Origin: Deltaproteobacteria bacterium
Lineage (GTDB): Bacteria > SAR324 > NAC60-12
Direction of reading: 5' to 3'
DNA: 64,000 nt
NCBI GenBank assembly: GCA_038150265.1
Contig: JAYOTF010000005.1
Coordinates: 59,595 to 123,594 of the forward strand
Numbering within the stretch: position 1 is the stretch's first letter; each line of letters opens with the position of its first letter. This document shows positions 1 through 9,820 of this stretch, piece by piece. Under the pieces are notes generated by a model, which worked only from the letters and a program-made list of their open reading frames with translations, searched no databases and had not been told where the DNA came from. Both the position numbers and the translations under genes were made by a program.

Positions 1-390
1 ACGGGCCATGCCCAGTGAGAGGTCTCCGGGATACGCCTGTCGGTAGTCGAGCAGGCCCATGCGCTTCAGGTAGCGGAGCGGGCGGTCGCTGGACCGTTCT
101 TCCGGAGGCAGCACCAGCCGGAGGTTCTGCTCAATGGTCCGCCATGGCAGCAGCGTGGGCTCTTGAAAGACATACGCCAGCCGCTGCTCAGGCGCTTGGT
201 CAAAGCGGCCCTCGAAGTGCGGGTCAATGCCGGCGATGAGGTTCAAGAGGGTCGTCTTGCCACACCCGGAAGGGCCTGAGAGGGCAATGAACTCCCCTGG
301 TGCCACGGTGATGGAAACATTTTCCAAAACCACCCGGGGAGGCTCGCCTGCGCGTCCCGGAAAGGCCTTGCGTTCCAGATCAATCTGCAA
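1..390 (-). CDS. ABC transporter ATP-binding protein, NitT/TauT family (runs off window start)
   Basis: Hand translation from TTG at 390: MQIDLERKAFPG...GPSGCGKTTLLNLIAG (Walker A)...YVFQEPTLLPW...LSLGMAR (degenerate signature). Not in the ORF track because it is truncated. Confidence 0.88.
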   Translation of the reverse strand, partial: MQIDLERKAFPGRAGEPPRVVLENVSITVAPGEFIALSGPSGCGKTTLLNLIAGIDPHFEGRFDQAPEQRLAYVFQEPTLLPWRTIEQNLRLVLPPEERSSDRPLRYLKRMGLLDYRQAYPGDLSLGMAR

Positions 391-402
391 CTGCCCTCAC
401 TT

Positions 403-1155
403 TCATGCTGGAACCGCCTTCCAGCGATTGGACCAGCGCTCAAGGGGTTGCAGGATCTGCCACTCAATCAACTGGACAACGACAATAAAAGCCGCACTGT
501 AGGCCAGGATGCCGGCAACGTCAAATAGCTGGAAGTACGCGTGGAGCTGAAAGCCGACGCCGTTGCTGCGTCCGAGTAGCTCGACGACCAGGACGATCTT
601 CCAGATGAGCGCCAGTCCGGAACGCGCTGCTGCGGCAAGGTAGGGAGCCAGTTGGGGCAGCAGGATGTGCCAAAAGCGGTCGGCCCAGGAGAGGCGGTAG
701 CTGATGGCCAGCGCGTTGAACTGCGGGTTGAAGCTCCGGGCGCCTTCCCGCAGGATCACGGTGACGTTCGGGACCTTGTTCAGGATGACGGCCAGCAACG
801 CCGCTGCTTCCACCAGCCCCATGCTGAGGTAGCAGAGAATGATGGTCACCAATGCAGGGACGTTGAGCAGGATGACCAGCCAGAGGTCCAGAGTGGAGTT
901 GACTCGCTCGGAGCGCCCCATGGCAACCCCGATGAGGCTTCCGGTGAACATGGCAATCACAAAGCAGATCAGCACGCGCTTGAGGGTGATGCCGAGGTGC
1001 CACCAAAGCTCCCCGCTCTGGGCTTCTTCCCAGAGTACCTCAAGGGTCTTGCCTGGGGTGGGCAAAAACGGAATCCACTGTCCAGAGGCAGCCAGGTGCC
1101 ACGCTCCGACAATCAGCAGTAAGGATCCCCACGCACCCCAGCTATGCTGCTTCAT
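403..1155 (-). CDS. ABC transporter permease, NitT/TauT (SsuC-like)
   Basis: Multiple TM segments; ELLGRSNGVG motif; overlaps the upstream binding protein gene. Confidence 0.9.
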   Translation of the reverse strand: MKQHSWGAWGSLLLIVGAWHLAASGQWIPFLPTPGKTLEVLWEEAQSGELWWHLGITLKRVLICFVIAMFTGSLIGVAMGRSERVNSTLDLWLVILLNVPALVTIILCYLSMGLVEAAALLAVILNKVPNVTVILREGARSFNPQFNALAISYRLSWADRFWHILLPQLAPYLAAAARSGLALIWKIVLVVELLGRSNGVGFQLHAYFQLFDVAGILAYSAAFIVVVQLIEWQILQPLERWSNRWKAVPA

Positions 1156-2135
1156 GACTCGACGTCAGCCACTCCCCAGAAGGTGCCTTCGGCCAGCTGC
1201 GTGCTGTCGCCAATGAGCTTCTTGCCACCCAGTTTTCCCAAAATCCGGAAGAGCTTTTTGGCATCCCGGACCCCGGCTGCTGTGACGGGTTGGGGGGTGC
1301 CTTCGAGGTAACCCCGCTTGAGCTGCTCAAATTCCGCATCGTTCCTGGTTCCCATCTTGGGACGGAGCGAAGTCCAGGCGTCCGGATTGCGAGCGAGCAG
1401 GTCCTTGGCGCTGGTGGAGGCCTGAACCATCCCGGCGACTGCTTCAGGGTTGGCCTTGGCCCAGTCTTCCATGAAGATGTACCCCAGCATCGGCACCTGC
1501 TCCGTGATGCCAAGCTGAGGAGCAACGTCGGTCAGGTTCATCAGGCGCTTCATGCCGGCCGCCTCAAGCTTGGCGGCAAAGTGCCAGTAGGTGATCACGG
1601 CGTCGACGCGTCCAGCCTGCAGCTCCTTGCTCAGCAGCGGCGGTGCGCCAAAGACCTTCTCGATGGAATTGAGATCCAGGTTGTCCTGCTGCCCAAGGGC
1701 CTGCAGCATGAGCCAGCCCTTGGAGAGGGCGCCACCGACCACTCCGAGCTTCTTCCCTTCGAGGTCCTTGACGGAGGTGATGCCCGAGTCCGGACGGATC
1801 ATCAGGCCACCGACCGAGGACGAGTAGGGGACAAAGCTAAAGGCGTGGCCCTGGTCGCGCATCCGGGAAACCCACATCCAGTCGGCAACCGCAACATCGG
1901 CAGCGCCCTGCTGAACGGCCATCCGGGTGGCACCAATGTCGGCGAGTTCCAGAATCTCCAACTCAATGCCGGCCTGGCGGTCCAGTCCGTTTTCCACAAT
2001 GGCATTCAACTCCCAGTTGACCGTACCGGTTTTGGTACTGGCAACGCGAACCGTGGTTGCGGCGGCGGCAGAGCTCAGCAAGAGGCCTGAGACGGCAACC
2101 GCCAGAAATCGTTTAATCAGCATCGTTCTCCTCAT
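1152..2135 (-). CDS. ABC transporter substrate-binding protein (NMT1/SsuA-like)
   Basis: Signal peptide; DSGITSVKDLEGKKLGV motif; located in the PQQ-ADH cluster. Confidence 0.85.
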   Translation of the reverse strand: MRRTMLIKRFLAVAVSGLLLSSAAAATTVRVASTKTGTVNWELNAIVENGLDRQAGIELEILELADIGATRMAVQQGAADVAVADWMWVSRMRDQGHAFSFVPYSSSVGGLMIRPDSGITSVKDLEGKKLGVVGGALSKGWLMLQALGQQDNLDLNSIEKVFGAPPLLSKELQAGRVDAVITYWHFAAKLEAAGMKRLMNLTDVAPQLGITEQVPMLGYIFMEDWAKANPEAVAGMVQASTSAKDLLARNPDAWTSLRPKMGTRNDAEFEQLKRGYLEGTPQPVTAAGVRDAKKLFRILGKLGGKKLIGDSTQLAEGTFWGVADVES

Positions 2136-3076
2136 TCAGGGTTCAGGTACTCCGGAAGCCGGTAGGTCATGCCGTATTGGGCATAGATCTTCTCCATGGT
2201 GCCGTCATTCACCATTTGAGTTACCTGGTCTTCCAACGCATAGCCGAGGTCACGAGAGTCCTGCCGGACGGCCATTCCGATGTCCCATTCGGTCCGCGGT
2301 TCAGCCATTTCGTAGGTGCACTCCGCCTCAATTTCAACTTTTGAGGTCCAGTCTTTTTTGATGTCGGGGCAGCGGATCACGCGTTGAGGAGTGAGAAGCC
2401 CGGCGAGAGGGGGCTGGAACACGTTGATGTTCTCGGTCTCCGAGAGCATGCTTTCCACAGGGCCGGATAGGCCCATGACGGCGGCGACCTCTCCGGTGCG
2501 GAGCGCGTCCGTTGCTGCAGTCAGGTTGGGGTAGCGGACAATGCCGCGGTTGAGGCGTCCCCCAAACATGCCGGACAGGATGAAGTCCGGAATGCTGTCC
2601 AGTTCCACACCCACCTTCTCATACATGAAGATGGCGTAATTGGGGAACGACTCAATCTTGCGGACGTCGTGCGCCAGCAAGAAGGTTTCAGACTGGTAGG
2701 GGGCCGTGATGACGACGAGCTCGTTCCGGAGGGCAAACTCCAGATCAAAGGGGATGCGGAGCATGAAGTCCGCCACCTCCCAGTTCCGGATGGCGTTGCC
2801 TTTTCCAACAGCCACCCGCAGGTCGGCATCCACGTTTTCCCCGGCCTCATGCCAGTGCCAGCGGGGCTCCACCCCGAGCCGTCGGGCGATCTCTCGCCCA
2901 ATCTCGACATCAGAGCCTCGCGGTTCCCCATTCTCCTGATAGGAAAAGGGGGGGAAGTCGGTGTACACGGCAATGGAGATGTACCCCGACTCCATGACGT
3001 CATCCAGCAAGCGGGCACTGGCCGAACTGAGTGAGACCAGTAACGCCGCGAGGATGCAGAACGCTTTATTCCACAT
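2132..3076 (-). CDS. Family-3 solute-binding-fold protein associated with quinoprotein dehydrogenase (XoxJ/MxaJ/PedG-like)
   Basis: Signal peptide from ATG 3076; AVYTDFPPFSY and GSDVEIGREIARRLGV motifs; directly downstream of cytochrome c550. Confidence 0.75.
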   Translation of the reverse strand: MWNKAFCILAALLVSLSSASARLLDDVMESGYISIAVYTDFPPFSYQENGEPRGSDVEIGREIARRLGVEPRWHWHEAGENVDADLRVAVGKGNAIRNWEVADFMLRIPFDLEFALRNELVVITAPYQSETFLLAHDVRKIESFPNYAIFMYEKVGVELDSIPDFILSGMFGGRLNRGIVRYPNLTAATDALRTGEVAAVMGLSGPVESMLSETENINVFQPPLAGLLTPQRVIRCPDIKKDWTSKVEIEAECTYEMAEPRTEWDIGMAVRQDSRDLGYALEDQVTQMVNDGTMEKIYAQYGMTYRLPEYLNPE

Positions 3077-3485
3077 GGACCGTATCCAGCCAGCTGCGGA
3101 TCGCCCACATGGCTTCTTGGCTAAAGACCTCTTCAAAGGCCGGCATGTAGGTCATCCCGTTGCGGATGACCCCGTTGCGGATGCGCATCAGGAACCACTC
3201 GTCGCCTTCCATCCCCACCGGCAGCATGCGCAGGTCGGGGGCAATGCCGCCCGAGATGGCCTCAAGGCCGTGGCAGCGGGCGCAGTTTTGGTTGTAGGCC
3301 GAGGCGCCAATTTCAATGGCCCGCTCGTTTCCGCGGTAGGGGTTTTCATCCAGCCACTCGTCACCCAAAGGCTCCAGGCCACTGGTGTCGACCAACTGCG
3401 GAGTGACATCGCCATGGGAGAAAGCTGAGCCCGTCCATCCGACGAGGCCAATGAAGAGAGCAAATGCGCTAACAATGAGTCTCAT
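3066..3485 (-). CDS. pedF: Cytochrome c550, electron acceptor of PQQ-ADH (PedF/ExaB)
   Basis: Signal peptide, HGDVTPQ N-terminus, CARCH heme motif, GIAPDLR, YMPAF. Confidence 0.9.
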   Translation of the reverse strand: MRLIVSAFALFIGLVGWTGSAFSHGDVTPQLVDTSGLEPLGDEWLDENPYRGNERAIEIGASAYNQNCARCHGLEAISGGIAPDLRMLPVGMEGDEWFLMRIRNGVIRNGMTYMPAFEEVFSQEAMWAIRSWLDTVHVE

Positions 3486-3614
3486 GATCCATCCAAAAAT
3501 TGGGGGTTTGGAGTCTGGCAACGTGGAGGAGGCGGAGGCGGGACCGGTCATGAGCTTCCGCGTCTCCATGCTGACGAAGGTTCCGGTGTCTGGGAAGAAA
3601 ACCAGGGAATGAAA

Positions 3615-3636
3615 GGGAGGAGCCGAAGCTCCTCCC
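3615..3636 (-). terminator. Stem-loop after the ADH gene
   Basis: GGGAGGAGC-TTCG-GCTCCTCCC followed by TTTC on the minus strand, just after the stop. Confidence 0.7.
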
Positions 3637-3642
3637 GGGAAC

Positions 3643-5430
3643 TCAGTTGCTGCCGAGTTGCAGCGTGTCCTTCTGGTTGTTGTAGGTGCTCAGCTTCGGA
3701 AGCTTGAAGGTCCAGACCATGCCACCCTGGTTGAGGTAGTTGACGGTCTTGGCGACTTCACCGCCCCACAGCGGAACGGCTCCGCCCCATCCGGACACGA
3801 CGGTGACGTACTGCTCACCGTCCATGCGCCAGGTGACGGGGGATCCGACGATTCCGGAACCGGTCTGGAACTTCCAGAGGGTCTCACCGGTCTCATCATC
3901 AACCGCCATGAATTGGCCTTCCGGAGTTCCGTAGAACACCAGTCCTCCACCCGTGGTCAGCACGCCACCCCACAGCGGAGCGTTGTTGCGCTTTTCCCAC
4001 TTGATGTCACCCGTGCGGGGATCGATCGCCTTGAGGGCGCCGATGTAGTCCTCATGCAGCGGCTTGATGGTGAAGCCGGCTCCGAGGTAAGCCGCACCTT
4101 TTTTGTAGGTGACGGGCTCGTTCCAGAGGTCCATCGCCCAGGAGTTGGACGGCACGTAGAAGTTGCCGGTGCGCTGGCTGTAGGCCATCGGCATCCAGTT
4201 CTTTCCACCGAGGAAGGACGGGTAGACCACGATCGGCTCACCCTTGTCCTGGCCGGCCGGATTTCCGGGGCGCAGCTGGTTCGGAAGCGGACGGCAGTTT
4301 TCGTCCAGTCCCTCGGTCCAGTTCACTTCCACAAACGGAAGGGCGCGGATGCACTTGCCGTTCTCACGGTTGAGGACGTAGAAGTGTCCGTTTCGGTCGG
4401 CCTTGGCGCCGGCCTTGATGGTGCGACCGGTCTTGGGGTCGATGTAGTCAAAGGAGACGAACTCGTTGACGCCATCATAGTCCCAGTGGTCATTCGGAGT
4501 GCCCTGGAAGTGCCACTTGATGACGCCGGTGTTGACGTCGATGGCGAGGGTGGAGGTGCTGTAGAGGTTGTCCCCCTTGCGCAGGTACGCGTTCCAGGGA
4601 GCCGGGTTGCCGGTTCCGAAGAAGGCGAGGCCGGTGTCCGGGTCGTAGGTGCCGCCCAGCCAGGTGGCTGCGCCGCCGAACTTCCACATTTCACCCGGCC
4701 AGGTCTTGCCTGCGGCACCACCCGTGATGCCGTTGTCCTTGCCGTTCAGGGTGCCCATGTGGCCCTCAACGGTGGGGCGGGACCAGACCAGCTCACCGGT
4801 GTTGACGTCACGAGCCTCAACTTTTCCGACAATGCCGAATTCACCCCCGGACACTCCGGTGATGACCATGCTGTTGACGACCAGCGGAGCGGCGGTGTAG
4901 GAGTACCCGGCTTTGTAGTCTCCCAGCTTCTTGCTCCAGACGACCTTCCCGGTTTTCTTGTTCAGCGCCACGAGCTTGGCATCCAGGGTGCCGAAGATCA
5001 CCTTGTCTCCGCTCAGAGCGGCGCCACGGTTGACCACGTCACAGCACGGCATGATGCCGTCTGGGAGGCGAGCCTCGTACTGCCACAGCTCCTCTCCCGT
5101 CCGGGCATCGACCGCGAACAGGCGAGAGTAGGAAGCGGTGACGTACATCACGCCATCTTCGATGAGCGGCTGGGTTTCCTGTCCACGCTGCTTCTCACCG
5201 CCAAAGGAGAAGGCCCAGGCGGGGAGCAGGTTTTGGACGTTGTCCTTGTTGATGTCGGTCAGCGGACTGTAGCGCTGGCCTTGCGGTCCCAGTCCGGTCC
5301 CCAGAACGTCCTCAACGCTGTTTTGGTCATTGAGGATTTCGGCGTCCGTGGTGGCCAGAGCTGGCCCGGCTGGAAGCGCGAGGAGTGCTGCTGCGGCCAG
5401 GCCGAAGTAGCTCATGTTTCGTTTTTTCAT
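3643..5430 (-). CDS. pedH: PQQ-dependent alcohol dehydrogenase, lanthanide-dependent PedH/ExaF type
   Basis: [14 protein letters not shown], vicinal CC (PCCDVVNRG), [20 protein letters not shown] (extra Asp ligand), [11 protein letters not shown]. Confidence 0.9.
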   Translation of the reverse strand: MKKRNMSYFGLAAAALLALPAGPALATTDAEILNDQNSVEDVLGTGLGPQGQRYSPLTDINKDNVQNLLPAWAFSFGGEKQRGQETQPLIEDGVMYVTASYSRLFAVDARTGEELWQYEARLPDGIMPCCDVVNRGAALSGDKVIFGTLDAKLVALNKKTGKVVWSKKLGDYKAGYSYTAAPLVVNSMVITGVSGGEFGIVGKVEARDVNTGELVWSRPTVEGHMGTLNGKDNGITGGAAGKTWPGEMWKFGGAATWLGGTYDPDTGLAFFGTGNPAPWNAYLRKGDNLYSTSTLAIDVNTGVIKWHFQGTPNDHWDYDGVNEFVSFDYIDPKTGRTIKAGAKADRNGHFYVLNRENGKCIRALPFVEVNWTEGLDENCRPLPNQLRPGNPAGQDKGEPIVVYPSFLGGKNWMPMAYSQRTGNFYVPSNSWAMDLWNEPVTYKKGAAYLGAGFTIKPLHEDYIGALKAIDPRTGDIKWEKRNNAPLWGGVLTTGGGLVFYGTPEGQFMAVDDETGETLWKFQTGSGIVGSPVTWRMDGEQYVTVVSGWGGAVPLWGGEVAKTVNYLNQGGMVWTFKLPKLSTYNNQKDTLQLGSN

Positions 5431-5699
5431 CGGTTGTGCCCCCGTGAAAAGGTTTTGAGTCAGTCAAAAGTGGGCAAGGTGCCCCTTGGTTTCCCTGGGA
5501 GACGCCCAAGCACCGGTCGCTCCGGAACGTCTCACCACTACCCAGAAACCCGAACCCTCGGGCTTGCAGGTACATCCGTCCCTCCCGAAGCAGGGACTTT
5601 GACAGGGGGACAGATTAGCGCCCCCCAAGATAGAATGCTTGCTGCATTCTCCAAAAAAATAGAAGTATTGTACCGCTCCCGGTGAGCTCATTGGCGTTT

Positions 5700-6662
5700 T
5701 CAGGCAAGCGCACGCGCCTGCTGCCGCTGGGGGTCCAGGACCCGAAACGCCTGACGCTGGCGCGCCTGGAACTGCTTCGGGGTGACGCCCTTGATGCTCT
5801 TGAAGAGGTTGATGAAGTAGCTCACTGAGGTGAAGCCCATCATGAAGCAGACCTCTGTGACCGAGTGGTCCGGGTGCTGCAGCAACTGACAGGCGCGGTC
5901 GATGCGGAGCTGGTTGATGTACTGAACGGGCGTGAAGCCGAATTCATTCTTGAAGCACCGGAAGAGGTTGGTCTTGCTCATCCCTGCGTGCTTGGCCAGT
6001 TCCTCAATGGAAATGGCGCGGTGCAGGTTCTTCTTGATGAACTCAGCCGCCTCGGAGAGGCTGTGACAGGGTGCATGCTGGCTACTGTTCCAGAGCCACC
6101 TCGACGAGGCATCAAACTGCAGCATCCGGATCACCAGCTCCATGACCTTGACGTCAATGAGCTTGTCCCGAAGCGGGTGATTTTCGGTGAACACGGTCAC
6201 CAGGTTGGCCACAATGCCTTCAATCTGGACCGAGTTGCGAAAGTGGTACTGGTTGTTCGGGTCGTAGCGCCACTCTCCCGATTCCTCTGCCCGAGGCATC
6301 TGCTCATTCATCCGTCCCACAATCTGCTGGACCTTCTGGGTGTCGATCTCCACCGTCAGGCACTTGGTCGGTTGCTCCAGCTGAGCTTCCGGGAAATCGA
6401 TGTGGATTTCCTCACCGGGAGGCACCACCAGAGACTCTCCGGGCAAAAAGTCGAAGAGTGGATAGCTTTTGAAGTGGATGACCTTGCGGCCTGTGACCAT
6501 GCCGCAGTACAGAGGATTGGAAGAACTGAGCGCGACCCGCTCGGCACGCTGGTAGGTGTCATAGACCGAAAACTCCGTGTCTTCGCCTCCGAAGACGGTC
6601 CGGTTCTCGATCAACTTCAACGGTTTGTGGGTCCGCTGGATGCGCTGAAGTTGTTGTTCCAT
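5700..6662 (-). CDS. AraC family transcriptional regulator
   Basis: C-terminal double HTH (ISIEELAKHAGMS...GFTSVSYFINLFK); GGAGG upstream of ATG 6662. Confidence 0.9.
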   Translation of the reverse strand: MEQQLQRIQRTHKPLKLIENRTVFGGEDTEFSVYDTYQRAERVALSSSNPLYCGMVTGRKVIHFKSYPLFDFLPGESLVVPPGEEIHIDFPEAQLEQPTKCLTVEIDTQKVQQIVGRMNEQMPRAEESGEWRYDPNNQYHFRNSVQIEGIVANLVTVFTENHPLRDKLIDVKVMELVIRMLQFDASSRWLWNSSQHAPCHSLSEAAEFIKKNLHRAISIEELAKHAGMSKTNLFRCFKNEFGFTPVQYINQLRIDRACQLLQHPDHSVTEVCFMMGFTSVSYFINLFKSIKGVTPKQFQARQRQAFRVLDPQRQQARALA

Positions 6663-6927
6663 GTACACCTCCGTGACCTTCCCAAGTGCGGGCCCCATGC
6701 CACTCACTTGGCGTCGGACACACTAGTGACTCGCCCTCGTCATGTCAAGCCGAACCCCCACCAGAGTCCCTATATTTTTCCCAGCCGCCGTCGCCATTTC
6801 GCTTCCGCATTTTCCTCCTCTTTCCTACACTCTTTTTCCTGGTTCTCACGTAGGGAACCTCCTTCAGGCATTTCTGGTCGGAGCCTGGTGTTTGGAGGCC
6901 TTCCCCCATCCTCATCCTGGAGCCTGT

Positions 6928-7575
6928 GTGTCAACAACACTTGTGATTGGAAACAAAAACTACTCCTCCTGGTCTCTGCGCCCCTGGCTGTTCCTCCGGC
7001 ACTTTGAGGTCCCCTTTGCCGAAGTGCGGATTCCTCTGGATGAGCCGGAAACGGCGAGGCGCATCCGGGAGTACAGTGCCGCGGGGAAGGTTCCGGTGCT
7101 GCTGCATGACGGGCGGACGGTCTGGGAGTCGCTGGCGATTCTGGAGTACAGCAATGAGCAGTGGGACCTGAAGGGGCTGCCCGAGGCTCCGGAGGCTCGG
7201 GCGGTGTGCCGCTCGGTGTGTGCCGAAATGCACAGCGGCTTCTCAGCCCTCCGGAATGCGCTCCCCATGAATTGCCGCCGAAGAGTCCCCGATTTCGCGC
7301 TCCCTGAAGCCGTGCAGCAGGACGTGACGCGCATTCAGCAGGTCTGGCAGGAGTGTCGGGACGCCTTCGGGAGTGCTGGGCCGTGGCTGTTTGGCACCTT
7401 CAGCATGGCAGATGCGATGTTTGCGCCTGTGGCCTCACGCTTTCAGACGTATGGCGTCGCACTGGAAAATGAGGCAAGGCGGTACGTCGAGACGGTGCTG
7501 GGACACCCGGCGATGCAGGAGTGGGAGGCTGCCGCGCAGGCAGAGTCTGAGGTGGTTGAGGCAGAAGAGGTCTGA
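6928..7575 (+). CDS. Glutathione S-transferase family protein
   Basis: LVIGNKNYSSWSLRPW, KVPVL, WESLAILEY, EMHSGF, FSMADAMFAP; GTG start with GGAG RBS. Confidence 0.9.
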   Translation: MSTTLVIGNKNYSSWSLRPWLFLRHFEVPFAEVRIPLDEPETARRIREYSAAGKVPVLLHDGRTVWESLAILEYSNEQWDLKGLPEAPEARAVCRSVCAEMHSGFSALRNALPMNCRRRVPDFALPEAVQQDVTRIQQVWQECRDAFGSAGPWLFGTFSMADAMFAPVASRFQTYGVALENEARRYVETVLGHPAMQEWEAAAQAESEVVEAEEV

Positions 7576-7642
7576 GGGAGGAAACTGAAGAACCGCCACC
7601 GTCTGTGCCCACGGCGGAGGCTCCTCAGTTGAAGCGGCTCGG

Positions 7643-8266
7643 TTACTTGAACAGGTAGCCGAAACCAATGGAGGTTACCGAAAACTTCGCGTCGTAGGTA
7701 TCTCCAGGAGTTCCAGTAAAGATGTCGCTGGTCTCAACTTCGACGTCGAAGCTTCTCTGTCCCAGCATCAACTCCCAATTTTCCCCAACGACAATGCCGA
7801 GGTTCACGAAGTAGGACTGGTTGCGCTTGGACGTGCTCTCATAAAGGGCAGCATAGTCGGTACCGTTGATTTGGTAGGTATCGAGGGACGCATCGCCGAA
7901 CACGGTCATGCCCAGGGTGAGGTTGACGCTCTCTCCCAACGTGTAGGAAACATCCAACCCACCCCCAGAGACGGCGATTTCGCTCGTCGTCAACTCTTGG
8001 GTAATTCTGACCGTACCGGAGCCAACTCCGAGACCAATTCCATTGGCAAAGACAAAGGACAACTCTGCTCCACTCGTACTCGTGTCCCAACCGGTGACCT
8101 GGGTCAGGTCCGTGGTGTTGCCGGAAGTGTCTGTCTGATTGTACTCAGTGGCCGTTCCGGCTCCGAGCAGCAGCCGGAACCGTGAGTTGTCGACCGCAAA
8201 GGCGGTGCTGGCAAACAGTGTTGCCACACCCAAGGCCGCCAGTGCTTTCAGGCCTCTTGATTTCAT
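7643..8266 (-). CDS. Secreted, probably outer-membrane beta-barrel protein of unknown function
   Basis: Signal peptide, alternating beta-strand pattern, C-terminal IGFGYLFK barrel-like signal. Confidence 0.65.
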   Translation of the reverse strand: MKSRGLKALAALGVATLFASTAFAVDNSRFRLLLGAGTATEYNQTDTSGNTTDLTQVTGWDTSTSGAELSFVFANGIGLGVGSGTVRITQELTTSEIAVSGGGLDVSYTLGESVNLTLGMTVFGDASLDTYQINGTDYAALYESTSKRNQSYFVNLGIVVGENWELMLGQRSFDVEVETSDIFTGTPGDTYDAKFSVTSIGFGYLFK

Positions 8267-8463
8267 AAGCTTCTCCTGATTGAGAAATCTGTTGCAAACT
8301 CCGTAGAGCTGTCACTGGAATCCAGTTGATTGAAGGTGCGTCCATGCCCTTTGCGTATCGGCAGACTGTCAGAAAACTTGAGCGGATTTCGGGGGGAGAA
8401 GCGGGGAGTGCGCGAGGGGAAGGCAGGGAAGAGGAGCCGGGAGGGCTCCTCAGGAAAGGGGGA

Positions 8464-9489
8464 TTATTGTCCGGATGCCTCGCGGAGCCGGGCGGAGCGT
8501 TCGTCGATGTAGCGCTGGAATTCCGGCTGCGTCGTGTAGGCTTCGTTGAGGACGTACTCAAGAGCAGTTTGGACGTGGAAGCCGCGTAGGTAGCTGTCCA
8601 TCCGGAAGGTCTCTTCCTGCGAGCCCTGAGCGTAGAGCAAAATGGTGGGGAAGTAGTTCAGGCTGAGGGAATCCACCCATTTTCGGACGGTTGTTTTTTG
8701 TCCGTCAGGGAGCGTGATGGCGTCATCGGAGAGCGCGTCAAAGCGGACCGCGTGATAATTTTTCAGGAACTCGTGGGTGCCTTTTTGGCTGAAGGCCCCT
8801 TGCTGCATGCGCAAGCAGTCCTCACAGCTCCGGGTTTCCAGAAAGACCGCAAGGGGCTTGTCTCCAACCAGGGTGTCGAGCGCGGTAGTCTGTTCGAAAA
8901 AAGGCTGGGGGTAGAGTTCTCCCTCAGGGCGTCGGTACTCCGCCAGCGCGTCTTCCGAGACCCCTGCGGTCTGAGCGAGCAGGCGGAGGAAGGGCTTGGG
9001 CGGGCGGTAGCCGTTGATGCGCAGCTTGGGGTTTTCCAGGTCGGGCGTATCGAGGATGAGGATGGTCGGCGTGTACTGAACCTTGAGGTGAATCGCAAAG
9101 TCCTTCTCGCTCATGGTGCTTCCATCCGGAAGCGTCACCTCACGGTCGCCCCGCAGGTTGAAGGAGACCACGTCGAAGTGCTCCTGCACAAAGTCTCGAA
9201 TGTCCGGGGCCGACAGATTCTTCTGGGCCATGGCCATGCAGTACGGACACCCTTCCTGCCAGAAGTACAGCATCAGCTGCTTGTCGGATTCCACCGCCTC
9301 AGCGACGTCTTCATCGACAATCAAGAAGCTGTCTTTGAACCAGTAGGGGTTTTCAAAGGCGGAACCCACGCCTCCCTGGATGAACTCATCCTGGTTGCCC
9401 GATTGGGCACTGGAGAGAGCAGGCAGCCCGAGGAGGAACAGGCCCCCCAGAAGCCAATGAGGCCACTTGAGCGATGCTGAGAAGATCAT
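8464..9489 (-). CDS. Periplasmic tandem-thioredoxin protein (SoxW-like)
   Basis: Signal peptide; CPYC and CEDC motifs; YTPT/YFPT cis-Pro loops; two-domain repeat. Confidence 0.78.
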   Translation of the reverse strand: MIFSASLKWPHWLLGGLFLLGLPALSSAQSGNQDEFIQGGVGSAFENPYWFKDSFLIVDEDVAEAVESDKQLMLYFWQEGCPYCMAMAQKNLSAPDIRDFVQEHFDVVSFNLRGDREVTLPDGSTMSEKDFAIHLKVQYTPTILILDTPDLENPKLRINGYRPPKPFLRLLAQTAGVSEDALAEYRRPEGELYPQPFFEQTTALDTLVGDKPLAVFLETRSCEDCLRMQQGAFSQKGTHEFLKNYHAVRFDALSDDAITLPDGQKTTVRKWVDSLSLNYFPTILLYAQGSQEETFRMDSYLRGFHVQTALEYVLNEAYTTQPEFQRYIDERSARLREASGQ

Positions 9490-9631
9490 GATCGAAAACT
9501 CCAATCTCAGAGGAAAATCAGGCGGACGCACCGCCGACTAAACGGGAAGAGCCTCCAAGATTTCAAGGTTTTCGTGGGGTTGTCAATGAAAAAGCGCCAA
9601 GGGCGTCAGGAAGGATTCATGAGGAGGGAGG

Positions 9632-9663
9632 CTCCGGAAGGGAGCCAAGAGGGCCTTCCGGAG
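9632..9663. terminator. 10-bp inverted repeat downstream of the small ORF
   Basis: CTCCGGAAGG (9632-9641) and CCTTCCGGAG (9654-9663); no clear U tract. Confidence 0.4.
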
Positions 9664-9673
9664 GGGTGAGCGA

Positions 9674-9820
9674 TCAATGCTGCTCTTGGGTGCCGTGGGT
9701 CTGCTTCCACGCAAGGTAAGCCGCTTGTGCGTCATAGGCGTTGCGGTACTCGGTGCGGAAGTAGTTCTTCATCGCCAGTTCGTTGTTTCGGGTAGGGCTC
9801 AGCCAGTTCAGAATTTTCAT
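9674..9820 (-). CDS. Small hypothetical protein (48 aa)
   Basis: Hand translation MKILNWLSPTRNNELAMKNYFRTEYRNAYDAQAAYLAWKQTHGTQEQH*; fills an intergenic gap; AT-rich region upstream and hairpin downstream. Confidence 0.65.
   Translation of the reverse strand: MKILNWLSPTRNNELAMKNYFRTEYRNAYDAQAAYLAWKQTHGTQEQH

Noticed and set aside
3658..5685. 675-aa plus-strand ORF antisense to the ADH
   Set aside because: Shadow frame produced by GC-rich codon usage; no recognisable motifs.
9674..9820. Small ORF as PqqA precursor
   Set aside because: Lacks the W..P and E-x3-Y arrangement, is too long, and has no neighbouring pqq genes.
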